A DNA stretch of 64,000 nt from Bacillota bacterium. GTDB lineage: Bacteria; Bacillota; Clostridia; Christensenellales; CAG-138. Positions 38,101 through 47,480 of the stretch are shown here, in pieces (the stretch's first letter is position 1; each line of letters starts with the position of its first letter). The notes under the pieces are model-generated. The model saw nothing but the letters and a program-made list of their open reading frames with translations. It had not been told where the DNA came from and did no database searches. Both the position numbers and the translations under genes were made by a program. Location: positions 89,413 through 153,412 of the forward strand of contig JBCFAY010000004.1 of the NCBI GenBank assembly GCA_038562375.1. The letters run 5' to 3'.

Positions 38101-38348
38101 GCGCCGAGCGTTTTTTCTTGACGGGAATTAGTTTCCGATGTTAAAGTATGTGATAACCTCCGCTTTGTAGCTTCAGAGGCTGCCTGCCGCCCCAAACCGG
38201 CGCCGCGACGATTCTCATCTGATGCAAAACGGGCGGATGGCGATATCTTAGATCCGTACATCCGGGTAGATGAAACCATGAATCCGGCTTTTGCCGGATT
38301 CAAGTGCATTTTATCAAATGGATTTTATCGATGTTTTGGAGGGCAAAT

Positions 38349-39521
38349 ATGGATTATACGAAGTACATTTCCAAAGTCACCCAGTTGATTCCGCCTTCTG
38401 GCATCCGCAAATACTTTGATTATATCGACAAGGATACGATCAGTCTCGGCGTCGGCGAACCCGATTTCCCCACGCCCGAAGGCATCCGTCAGGAGGCCCT
38501 GCAGCGCTTGAGCACGGGTCGGATCCCCTATTCGTCCAACGCCGGCATGCCGGAGCTTCGCGAATGGATCGGCAAATATCTCGACGCGCGCTTCGGCCTA
38601 AAGGACTACGCGGTAGGCGATATCCTCGTGACCGTTGGCGCGAGCCAGGCGATCGATCTGACCGTCCGCGCGCTGACGAACCCCGGCGACGAGATCATCA
38701 TTCCCGAGCCGACCTACGTTTCCTATGTACCGGCCGTCATGCTCAGCGGCGGCAAACCCGTCATCATACCGACGAAGGCGGAAACCGGCTTTAAGATGAC
38801 GCCGGACTGCGTCCTCGCCGCGCTTACGCCCAAGACCAAGGCGATCCTTATCCCTTATCCGAACAACCCGACCGGCGGCATCATGGAATATTCGGACCTT
38901 CAGAAGATCGCCGATATCGCCATCGAGCATGATCTGATGATCATTTCGGACGAAATTTACGCGGAGTTGACCTACAACGGCAAAAGACACGTTTCTATCG
39001 CGGCTCTGCCCGGCATGAGAGAGCGCACCGTAGTGCTCAACGGCTTCTCCAAGGCGTTTTCCATGACGGGTTGGCGCCTGGGCTATGCAGCAGGTCCCAC
39101 GCCGCTGATCGCCGCAATCACCAAGCTCCACCAGCTCACGATGCTGTGCGCGCCCACGCCCGCGCAGTACGCCGGCATTGCGGCCATCCGCCAGGGCTTT
39201 GAAAACAACTGGAGCGATGTGCTCTACATGAAGAACGAATACGACAAGCGCCGCCGCTACATGGTCGACACGTTCGACAGCATGGGCCTGATGTGCCATG
39301 AGCCCGAAGGCGCGTTCTATGTGTTCCCATGCGTCAAATCCACCGGCCTCTCCTCGGAGGAGTTCTGCGACAGGCTGCTGCATCAAAAGAAGGTCGTCGC
39401 CGTCCCCGGCAGCGCTTTCGGCAAGAGCGGCGAGGGACACATCCGCTGCTGCTATGCGACGGATATCGAAGCCATCCGCGAGGCCCTCGAGCGGATCAAG
39501 GAGTTTTTGAAGACCCTTTGA
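38349..39521 (+). CDS. Class I/II PLP-dependent aminotransferase (AspC/PatA-like)
   Basis: NPTGG and the SKAFSMTGWRLGY PLP-lysine motif. Start at MDYTKY after a GGAGGG SD. Confidence 0.85.
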   Translation: MDYTKYISKVTQLIPPSGIRKYFDYIDKDTISLGVGEPDFPTPEGIRQEALQRLSTGRIPYSSNAGMPELREWIGKYLDARFGLKDYAVGDILVTVGASQAIDLTVRALTNPGDEIIIPEPTYVSYVPAVMLSGGKPVIIPTKAETGFKMTPDCVLAALTPKTKAILIPYPNNPTGGIMEYSDLQKIADIAIEHDLMIISDEIYAELTYNGKRHVSIAALPGMRERTVVLNGFSKAFSMTGWRLGYAAGPTPLIAAITKLHQLTMLCAPTPAQYAGIAAIRQGFENNWSDVLYMKNEYDKRRRYMVDTFDSMGLMCHEPEGAFYVFPCVKSTGLSSEEFCDRLLHQKKVVAVPGSAFGKSGEGHIRCCYATDIEAIREALERIKEFLKTL

Positions 39522-39802
39522 TGTACCCTCTGCACCACTGAAGCAATCTGCCCACCCGATGCCTTTCCTGCTTTAAAGCAAACGGACTCAGAGCGAATAG
39601 GTAAACGTCTTATGCCGTCGGTCCCGCGGAGCAGATTGCCCGATGGGAACGACGGCATTATGGTTGGATTTTAAATCATCGTGTGATTCCTTGCTTCAGG
39701 CCGCCGGAGGTGGATGCGGGATCGCATCCTCCGAGCTTATCGCTGCACAACCCTTGCTCAAGGCTCAAACTAAATGCCTGTTCATCGGATCATTCCGGAT
39801 CT

Positions 39803-41212
39803 TTAATATCCTGAGACGGCGCTGCTCTTAGACGTATCATAACCGTAATAGATATCCGATGATACATAGACGATCCCCTCGATCGCCCGATAGGTATCTT
39901 CGCACACCACTACGCGCTCGATCAGCTTTCCTTCGCTGTCGTAGTATTCCTTGTAGGTTTTTGATTTTTTCCCCGCACGCGATTCCCTGTCGACCACGCG
40001 TGTGTTCGGCGGCAGCGTTTTGTCCAGCAGTATCTTGTTGCCGGGGTTCGGAATCGTTCCGGTGCGCTTGGAGCTAAGCTTGATCGTCATGCCGTCGGGG
40101 AGCGACTCGCCGTATATGCGAACCGTGATCGTGTATTTTTCCCTGCTCGCGGTCGCTGAAATAACCACCGGCGTCTCGCGGTTGTTGATGAACTTGAAGT
40201 TCGGGCCGCCTGTGCTGATCGTCGCATCCCTTCCGATCGGGATATACGTCAGCGGCCAGCTGTGCGGCGTTCTGGCGGAAATCTCAAGATCGGCCATCAG
40301 CACCGCGTTAAAGAGCGTGCTAGAGACCTGGCATACCCCTCCGCCGTATTCCATCTCATATTTCCCGTAACGGATACCGGGCGCTTTTTTCCAGCCTCCG
40401 TCCGCGCCGCGCGGTCCGAGCACCGCATTCATATCGAATTCCTCGCCGGGCTCCACAACATACCCATCGATCATTTTGGCGGCTTTCACGATATTGTGGA
40501 CGCGCCCGGCTGCGTTATGCGGCGATTTTTTAAACGAGGTCTGAAACTCGCTGACAAGAACGTGCTGCTCTTTGAGCGTATCGACGTCTATGGTGGGCTC
40601 AAGCGCGATATAATCGGCTTCGATAACGGTTTCTCCCCCGCCCTCCACCGCTTTTTTCAGCAGCTCGACCACCTTCTCCACCTCGACCCTTTTCCCCGCG
40701 ATGTCCTCGGAATAGACAAACTTGCCCTCCACGCCGGGATCGTAGGTTGCGGTAGCCGAAACAGGATTGCTGTTGAGCGGCTCCACGAGCTTATCCACCA
40801 CGCCGTACGCGGCCTTCTCATCAAGCGTCATCGAGGTATTGAGCTCCCTTTGAGGCGTGAAGGAAAACACCCAATACGTCAGCTCCATCGCGTCGGAGAG
40901 CACCTGCTCGGTATTGAAGGTGATCGGGAGGCGATCGCCGTAAATAAGCACGCTGTGCTCCCCGAGCGCCACGCGGAAGCACAGATTCTTAAGCTTGTTC
41001 TTTTGATCCTTCTCTATCGCAGACCTCGCCTCCGCGACCGTCAATTCCGAGACGTCATGCCCGTCGATGGAAACCTTGCGCGCAAGCTTTTTCTGATCCG
41101 GTTCAGTATTATCCGTGCAGGCGGAAAAGCATGCAAGGCAAGCGAAGAGCATCACAAAGACCGCTATCGCCGCACGCGCGCATTTCATGCCGTTTGTTTT
41201 CAATCCATGCAT
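39803..41212 (-). CDS. VanW-family lipoprotein (VanW plus G5 domains), a paralogue of 36574-38100
   Basis: GGGVCQVSSTLFNA core. I prefer the start at 41212 (AAAGGAG SD), which gives a signal peptide with lipobox CFSAC. Confidence 0.8.
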   Translation of the reverse strand: MHGLKTNGMKCARAAIAVFVMLFACLACFSACTDNTEPDQKKLARKVSIDGHDVSELTVAEARSAIEKDQKNKLKNLCFRVALGEHSVLIYGDRLPITFNTEQVLSDAMELTYWVFSFTPQRELNTSMTLDEKAAYGVVDKLVEPLNSNPVSATATYDPGVEGKFVYSEDIAGKRVEVEKVVELLKKAVEGGGETVIEADYIALEPTIDVDTLKEQHVLVSEFQTSFKKSPHNAAGRVHNIVKAAKMIDGYVVEPGEEFDMNAVLGPRGADGGWKKAPGIRYGKYEMEYGGGVCQVSSTLFNAVLMADLEISARTPHSWPLTYIPIGRDATISTGGPNFKFINNRETPVVISATASREKYTITVRIYGESLPDGMTIKLSSKRTGTIPNPGNKILLDKTLPPNTRVVDRESRAGKKSKTYKEYYDSEGKLIERVVVCEDTYRAIEGIVYVSSDIYYGYDTSKSSAVSGY

Positions 41213-41353
41213 CAATACATCTCCTTTCATGGTTTTAGTATCAGTCGTTTTTAAAATTACATCCGTCATTGTGCAAAGTGTTTGAAAAACACAAATCTCT
41301 TGTTTAATGTTTCATTTTGAAGTAAAATATATTAGCTGCGGAGGTGCAAAAGC

Positions 41354-42019
41354 ATGGAAGGCTTCTTTGACCTCAAGGATAAACAATCGCTTAGCGCGAA
41401 AGTTTACCAACATATTCGCAACGGTATTATCGAGGGCCGCTATAAAACCGGCGATTTTCTCGTCGAAACAAAGCTCGCGGAAGAGCTCGGCGTAAGCCGC
41501 ACTCCGATCCGTGAGGCTCTTAAGCAATTGGAGATGGAAGAGCTCGCCGTTTCCATTCCGAATCGCGGGGTGGTCGCGCAGGGATTCTCGCCGCAGGATA
41601 TCGATGATATTTTTACCATTCGATTGCTGCTCGAAGGACAAGTCGCGTATTGGGCTGCCGAGCGTATCGATCAGGCGGGGCTCGACCGGCTGTCTGAAAT
41701 CGTCGACATGATGGAGATGTACACCCGGCGCAACAACCCGGCGCAGCTCGCGAATCTCGACTCGGAGTTCCACGACTGCATCTATTCGGCGAGCAAGAGC
41801 AGGGTGTTAAAGCATGTTTTAACCACGCTGCACCAGGCGTTAAAGTCCACGCGGCGCTCTTTGTTGACCCTGCCGGATCGTACCGGGAAATCCCTGAGCG
41901 AGCATAAGCTCATACTCGAGGCGCTCGAAGAACATCTGCCGGAGGAAGCAAAAAAACACATGGAAAACCATGTTCGTCACGCGGGACACAAATACCTCGA
42001 CCCGGCAACCGACGAATAA
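41354..42019 (+). CDS. GntR-family (FadR/FCD subfamily) transcriptional regulator
   Basis: wHTH (ELGVSRTPIREALKQLE) plus an FCD domain, with a GGAGGTG SD. Confidence 0.85.
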   Translation: MEGFFDLKDKQSLSAKVYQHIRNGIIEGRYKTGDFLVETKLAEELGVSRTPIREALKQLEMEELAVSIPNRGVVAQGFSPQDIDDIFTIRLLLEGQVAYWAAERIDQAGLDRLSEIVDMMEMYTRRNNPAQLANLDSEFHDCIYSASKSRVLKHVLTTLHQALKSTRRSLLTLPDRTGKSLSEHKLILEALEEHLPEEAKKHMENHVRHAGHKYLDPATDE

Positions 42020-42091
42020 TCCAATCGATCCTTCGCTTATCCTGCTCCTCTTTTGAGCGGTATAAATCTATCATTGAAACGTATGCATTAT

Positions 42092-42126
42092 ACCTGCCGG
42101 TTCCTTCGAACCGGCAGGTATCTTTT
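42092..42126 (+). terminator. Intrinsic terminator of the GntR gene
   Basis: 12-bp stem ACCTGCCGGTTC/GAACCGGCAGGT with loop CTTC, followed by ATCTTTT. Confidence 0.75.
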
Positions 42127-42144
42127 GGAAAAATGAATAAAAAT

Positions 42145-42170
42145 AAAGGCTCGGTATAACCGAGCCTTTT
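42145..42170. terminator. Bidirectional terminator (serves rpsU on the minus strand)
   Basis: AAAGGCTCGG-tataa-CCGAGCCTTT, flanked by A-rich and T-rich tracts. Confidence 0.65.
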
Positions 42171-42276
42171 AACGAGCATTTGTGTTTTGCGCCCACTTAT
42201 CACCACGATATCGGTCTGAATCCCCGGGAACGGACAGCATCCGGTTCCGCGAGAAGATCATCTAACGACAATGGAA

Positions 42277-42447
42277 TCAATACTTGCGTTTCCTTGCAGC
42301 TTCCGCTTTCTTCTTGCGCTTTACGCTGGGCTTCTCATAGTGTTCACGCCTGCGAACTTCTGCCAACACGCCCGAACGCGCACATTTACGCTTAAACCGC
42401 TTAAGAGCACTTTCAAGGGACTCGTTTTCTCCTACACGAATTTCCAT
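42277..42447 (-). CDS. rpsU: 30S ribosomal protein S21
   Basis: [21 protein letters not shown]..., 56 aa from the ATG at 42447, with a G-rich SD. Confidence 0.9.
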   Translation of the reverse strand: MEIRVGENESLESALKRFKRKCARSGVLAEVRRREHYEKPSVKRKKKAEAARKRKY

Positions 42448-42527
42448 TTCTTTCCCCCCCCTCTTATGCAACGTTGCATATCGTGTCTGTTGCGGTGAGC
42501 ATACCTACCTATTAAAAACACAACGAT

Positions 42528-42556
42528 ATTATACTTGAACGATGATGACAAGTCAA
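42528..42556 (-). promoter_or_regulatory. Consensus-like SigA promoter of rpsU
   Basis: Minus strand reads TTGACT, 17 nt, TATAAT. Confidence 0.65.
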
Positions 42557-42593
42557 CAGGAATTATCATCGTCCAGCGGCCCGCAACCATGGC

Positions 42594-42938
42594 TCAGCCC
42601 GGCGGCCAGCCGAATCCTCTGCCTCCGAGGAGGTGAATGTGCAGGTGCTCTACGGTCTGACCGCCATCCCTTCCGGTGTTCACAACAAGGCGAAAACCGT
42701 TTCCCTCCAGGTGATTTTCCCGTGCTAGGGCGCGCGCAACTTCGAACAGATGCGCGACAAGCTCCCCATCGTCCGCGCCTACTTCCATGATATTCCTGAA
42801 ATGCTTTTTGGGAATCACCAGAATATGCACGGGAGCCTGCGGGGCGATGTCATGAAATGCGAGAACGGTTTCATCCTCGAACGCCGCTCGAACCGGGATC
42901 TGCTTTTGAACCATTTTGCAAAAAAGGCAATCCTGCAT
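42594..42938 (-). CDS. HIT-family (histidine triad) protein
   Basis: MQDCLFCKM..., PVHILVIPKKH and the histidine triad HLHIHLLGG. Start at 42938 with a GGAGGGGAGGA SD. Confidence 0.85.
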   Translation of the reverse strand: MQDCLFCKMVQKQIPVRAAFEDETVLAFHDIAPQAPVHILVIPKKHFRNIMEVGADDGELVAHLFEVARALARENHLEGNGFRLVVNTGRDGGQTVEHLHIHLLGGRGFGWPPG

Positions 42939-42980
42939 CGTGTTTCCTCCCCTCCAAAAATACGTTATGCTGTCCATATA

Positions 42981-44273
42981 TTATATCATTTTTCCTATTA
43001 GTTTGCCATCTTTCGCCGCATGAATATACACGCTGCGGGGAATCCCGAGAAGGGATCCTGGCGCGTTGAACCGGACCCTTGCATAGTTTCCGGAGTATCC
43101 CTCCAAGGCTTCTTCATCCGCCTGCTCCTCGGGCAGAACCTCCTGCACCGTGCCGACCATGCTCTTAAGAAAAGCCTGCTCGAGACGGTTTCCGCACGCG
43201 ATCATCGCGCGCACGCGCTCACTTTTGACGGCGTTTGTGATCTGCGCCGGAAACGCTGCCGCCCTTGTTCCCTGGCGCCGGGAATATGGGAACACATGGA
43301 TGCGCGCGAAGGCCATCCGCTCCACGAAGGCGAGCGATTCCTCGAATTCCTCCCGCGTCTCGCCCGGAAAGCCCACGATGACATCGGTCGTAATCGCGCA
43401 ATCCGGCATCGCGCGGCGGATCCGTTCGGCGCAGAGCGCGTACTGCCGTGCAGTATACCTGCGGTTCATGCGGCGAAGCACCGCGTCTGAGCCGCTTTGC
43501 AGCGAAAGATGAAAATGGCGGCAGATCTGCGGGTTGCCGGAGAGATACGCGAGCGCCTCGTCCGAAAACGCCTGCGGCTCGAGGGAGCTGAGCCTGATCC
43601 TGTCGATCCCATCGATCCCCTCCGCCTGCCGGATCGCGTCGAGCAGCGTGGTCTCTCCACCGAGATCCTTTCCATAGGACATCAGGTGGATTCCCGTGAG
43701 CACGACCTCCCGGTAGCCTTCCCGCGCGAGCGCCTCAAGCTCCTCGCGCACGCTTTGAAGCGACCTGCTCCTTATGTGTCCGCGCGTATATGGGATGATG
43801 CAGTAGGCGCAGTAATTGTCGCAGCCGTCCTGGATCTTCAAAGTTGCCCGCGTGCGGTTTTCCTTGGTCGCGCGGGCATTTTCAAATTCCCTTTGCGCTC
43901 CGATATCCTCCACGAGATTGAGCGATCCGCCCGCCTGCACCGCCGTGCGCGCGGCCTCCAACACCTTCGCGTGATCCTTCGTGCCGGACACGACGGTGAC
44001 GCCGGGAAGCGTAAGCACTTCCTCGGGCGCGCGCTGCGCATAGCAGCCCGTGACGATGATCGCGGCGTCCGGCGCGAGCGTGTGCGCGCGGGAAATCATC
44101 TGGCGCGACTTTTTATCGCTCATCTGAGTGACGGAGCAGGTGTTGATCACATACACGTCCGCAGCCTCGGAAAAATCGACGCGCGTATACCCCGCCGCCT
44201 CAAACAGCTCCGCCATCGCATCGGTATCGTATTGATTGACCTTGCATCCGAGCGTATAAAACGCCGCCCTCAT
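42981..44273 (-). CDS. mtaB: tRNA t6A37 methylthiotransferase MtaB (radical SAM, MiaB-like)
   Basis: LGCKVNQYD UPF0004 domain, CDNYCAYC radical-SAM motif and a TRAM-like C-terminus. Synteny with rsmE and rpsU as in Bacillus yqeV. Confidence 0.85.
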   Translation of the reverse strand: MRAAFYTLGCKVNQYDTDAMAELFEAAGYTRVDFSEAADVYVINTCSVTQMSDKKSRQMISRAHTLAPDAAIIVTGCYAQRAPEEVLTLPGVTVVSGTKDHAKVLEAARTAVQAGGSLNLVEDIGAQREFENARATKENRTRATLKIQDGCDNYCAYCIIPYTRGHIRSRSLQSVREELEALAREGYREVVLTGIHLMSYGKDLGGETTLLDAIRQAEGIDGIDRIRLSSLEPQAFSDEALAYLSGNPQICRHFHLSLQSGSDAVLRRMNRRYTARQYALCAERIRRAMPDCAITTDVIVGFPGETREEFEESLAFVERMAFARIHVFPYSRRQGTRAAAFPAQITNAVKSERVRAMIACGNRLEQAFLKSMVGTVQEVLPEEQADEEALEGYSGNYARVRFNAPGSLLGIPRSVYIHAAKDGKLIGKMI

Positions 44274-44277
44274 CCCG

Positions 44278-45003
44278 TTATCCTTCCAGCTCATAGAGTA
44301 TCATCGCCAGCGTCGCCATACCAGCGGTTTCCGTACGCAGGATCCTTTTCCCAAGGCTCGCCGTTTTCGCGCCGAGCGAGACGAGCCTGTCCACCTCAGA
44401 GCGCTCGAGGCCGCCCTCCGGCCCGATCAGCAGGCCGATGTCCAAAGCGTCCTTGTTTGCACGCAACACCTCTTTTAAGGGGAACGTCTCTTCCTCGTAC
44501 GCGACGATCATGAGATCGTGCATGCCGGGATCGATCTTGCCGATCGGCACCGGCTCATTGACCTTTGGGATCGCGCCGCGCTGCGATTGCTTGGCCGCCT
44601 CAAGGGCGATGCGCCGGTAGCGCTCGATTTTTTTGGCGACGTCTTTTTGCTCGAGCTTTACCACGCAGCGCGCCGACTGCACGGGCGCGATGGCCGCGAT
44701 GCCGAGCTCCACGCATTTTTGGATCACCAGTTCCATCTTCCCCGCCTTGGGAAGGCATTGGTACAGCGTGACGGAGTGCTTCGGCTCGGCGGCATTCTCT
44801 CGAACGCCGATAAGCTCGAGGATTGCCTTATTCGGCCCAAAAGAGCGTATGACCGCTTCGCCCTCTCTGCCGCCGCCATCGCACAGCGTCACCCGATCCC
44901 CGGCTTTCAAGCGCAAAACATTGCGGATATGGACGGCGTCGTCGCCCTCCACGGCTACCGTGGCGCCCGGCGCACCGATGTCTTCAATAAAAAAACGACT
45001 CAT
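44278..45003 (-). CDS. rsmE: 16S rRNA (uracil1498-N3)-methyltransferase RsmE
   Basis: MSRFFIE..., a PUA-like N-terminus and a SPOUT C-terminus (LLIGPEGGL..SE...LGKRILRTETA). Confidence 0.85.
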   Translation of the reverse strand: MSRFFIEDIGAPGATVAVEGDDAVHIRNVLRLKAGDRVTLCDGGGREGEAVIRSFGPNKAILELIGVRENAAEPKHSVTLYQCLPKAGKMELVIQKCVELGIAAIAPVQSARCVVKLEQKDVAKKIERYRRIALEAAKQSQRGAIPKVNEPVPIGKIDPGMHDLMIVAYEEETFPLKEVLRANKDALDIGLLIGPEGGLERSEVDRLVSLGAKTASLGKRILRTETAGMATLAMILYELEG

Positions 45004-45045
45004 ATTCCCCTCCAAGCAGGCGGATCCATGCAAGACCTTCGACGG

Positions 45046-47130
45046 CTATTCAACCCCGCGGTTGAAATGCCCGCGCGTGCTTCCCAAGACGGGGGCAATG
45101 CTCTTTCCAGCGCGTGCGGCAATCGCGTCCTGAACCTTTTGTTTGATCTGCGCCGCGGATTCATCCTCAAATGCGAGCTGCCATGCCTCTGCGGGCGGAA
45201 GCCCCCGCGCGAGATCGATGGTATCCGTAACGTTGCAGTTGCTTACCCTTAACAGGCACTCCTCACCCAAGCGCGTGTTGTGAAGCGGAAACACCCTATT
45301 GTTTTCGTCGATCATCTCGCCCGCCCTTCCCAAGCAGTTTCGGCAGCCGGATTCGCCCGCGCGGATCGGACAATGCAAAAGCTGCATGACGGGCGCGCGG
45401 CCGTATATCGCGAGCTCGCATCCGCCTTTTCTGATGATATCCCTGAGCTGCGGCCCCGTCAATTCCAGCGAAAGCCGCACGCGCGTAAAGCCGAGCGTAA
45501 GCAGCCGGTATACCGTCTCCGCGTTGATGGCGTTCAGCGCCGCGCCCGCAACGCGGACGGGCAGATGCCTTATCAGCTCCAGCTGCCCGAGCGCGTTGGC
45601 CTCCGCGCCGTCCCAAGCGGGGTTTTGCAACAGTTTGCGAAGCCTTTGCCGCTGCTCACTCCGAATGACCACCGCGGGCAGCGCGAGCAGGAGCTTCGCT
45701 CCCTCCGGCTTTGCGGACTGCAGCTGTTCCGCAGGGACTTCCCCGATATCGATTGGGTCGAACACCACTTCGTCCGCGCCCGCCTCAAACGCGGCTTTGG
45801 CCTGTTCAAGGGTGCGCAGCTTGACGCTGATGCGCCGCTCGCCGGACGAAGCGGAAACCCTCCGCTCCGGCGCGGCCGCGAAGGGCGGCACCGCCCTTCG
45901 AACGGCGAGGCGTTCCTCCAAAAGCGCAATCGCGTTCCTTCTTAACGCGTTGAGCGCGCCGGCCCTCAGATAGGCCTGTCCACCCTCGTTCTCTATCTGC
46001 GCGTCCTCTAAAGCAAACGCGGTATCGCCGAGCCTGGCGAGCTGTTCCCTGACCCGATCCGCCGATTGCGGCGTCTTGGCGGGTACCGCATTTTCCCCTT
46101 GCGCCACAGCGCTCACGCCGCCGCAAAGAACCTTAAGGCATGACGGTTGCCCCGTATGGAGTTCCAGCGCCATTTTAACAGGCCTTAAGCGGTTTCCCCT
46201 GCGATAGCTCTCCTTCGCCTGCCGGAGCGCATCCTCGTCCGGAGCGCCCTGAAGCTCAACGCCCGTAACGATATGCCGCGGGCCGTCGAGATATCCTTTT
46301 TGGAAGCCGCCGCGGTCGAACAGGCGCAGCAGTTCCGCCTTGTAAGACGAGAGCGTTTCCGCGTCCGCGCCGTCGAGCGCCGCGCGATATGCCCGTGTGA
46401 CCAGCGCTATATACTCCGGCCGCTTCATACGGCCCTCGATCTTCAGACTGGTTACTCCGGCGGCAAAAAGCTCGCCCACCCGGTCAAGAAGGCACAGATC
46501 CGCCATGCTCAGGAGCCTGCCTCGGCTTTTTCCGACGCGATACTCCTTCCTGCACGGCTGGGCGCAGGTGCCGCGGTTTCCGCTGCGCCCGCCCGCCATG
46601 GAGGACATCAGGCAGCCGCCCGAAAAGCTCGCGCACATCGCCCCGTGGGCGAACACCTCAAGCTCCATCGCGGAGCCGGCGGCGATATATCGGATCTGGT
46701 CGAGCGGCACCTCCCGCGAGAGCACGACGCGCGAAAATCCGATTCCCCGCAGCAGTTCGACGCCCTCGAGGTCATGGATGCCCATCTGGGTGCTCGCGTG
46801 CAGCTCAAAATCGGGAAGCTCGTCCCGAATGCGCCCGATCAGGCCGATGTCCTGAACGATCAGGGCGTCCGCGCCCGCGCGGTAAAAAAAGCGCGCGGCG
46901 CGCATCGCGCCCTCCAACTCGCGGTCCAGCAGGAGCGTATTGAGCGTGATGTATCCCCTGACGCCCCGGAGATGGCAATAATCAAGAGCGCGCTGCAGTT
47001 CGCTTTCGCCGAAATTTTCGGCGAACTGCCGCGCGTTGAAGGATTGGCCTCCGAAATAGACCGCGTCCGCGCCGTTTTGCACCGCGGCGACCAGCGCCTC
47101 GAAACTCCCGGCCGGGGATAAAAGCTCCAT
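45046..47130 (-). CDS. Large U32-family protein (U32 core plus a DUF3656-like C-terminal extension)
   Basis: MELLSPAGS..GADAVYFGG and a GGCLMSS...GTCAQPCR Cys motif, 694 aa. Confidence 0.8.
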   Translation of the reverse strand: MELLSPAGSFEALVAAVQNGADAVYFGGQSFNARQFAENFGESELQRALDYCHLRGVRGYITLNTLLLDRELEGAMRAARFFYRAGADALIVQDIGLIGRIRDELPDFELHASTQMGIHDLEGVELLRGIGFSRVVLSREVPLDQIRYIAAGSAMELEVFAHGAMCASFSGGCLMSSMAGGRSGNRGTCAQPCRKEYRVGKSRGRLLSMADLCLLDRVGELFAAGVTSLKIEGRMKRPEYIALVTRAYRAALDGADAETLSSYKAELLRLFDRGGFQKGYLDGPRHIVTGVELQGAPDEDALRQAKESYRRGNRLRPVKMALELHTGQPSCLKVLCGGVSAVAQGENAVPAKTPQSADRVREQLARLGDTAFALEDAQIENEGGQAYLRAGALNALRRNAIALLEERLAVRRAVPPFAAAPERRVSASSGERRISVKLRTLEQAKAAFEAGADEVVFDPIDIGEVPAEQLQSAKPEGAKLLLALPAVVIRSEQRQRLRKLLQNPAWDGAEANALGQLELIRHLPVRVAGAALNAINAETVYRLLTLGFTRVRLSLELTGPQLRDIIRKGGCELAIYGRAPVMQLLHCPIRAGESGCRNCLGRAGEMIDENNRVFPLHNTRLGEECLLRVSNCNVTDTIDLARGLPPAEAWQLAFEDESAAQIKQKVQDAIAARAGKSIAPVLGSTRGHFNRGVE

Positions 47131-47480
47131 CGTCGTCTCCTGTCAAGCAATAACCTTTCCATATTGTGCAGCATCCGCTGTTTTTTTGCAACCTCGTTTT
47201 CATCGTATACAAAGGAGCTTTCGCCATTGGCGAGAGCTCCTTGTGTGTCAAAAATGCCCTTCATGGGGGGCGGTGGCGCAATACCGGATTTTGCAGGTTG
47301 TACGGCAAGACGCACATAAAACTCCAACGAGCGCCCGGATTCTCCGTTCGGGCGCTCTACCGCATAATGCTTTCTTTCAGGAGCCGTCAACCGTCCCGGA
47401 GCGCAATGCTCAAAACGCCGAACGGCGCTTTTTGTAAGCAACAGAGCCCCCGCATTTGCGGGAGCTCTTGTAAAGCCGTG

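Noticed and set aside
46860-47441. A 193-aa minus-strand ORF spanning the zapA-U32 spacer and running into the large U32 gene.
   Set aside because: It is out of frame with the well-supported U32 start (MELLSPAGS, AGGAGA SD), has no SD of its own, and is partly encoded by palindromic hairpin sequence.
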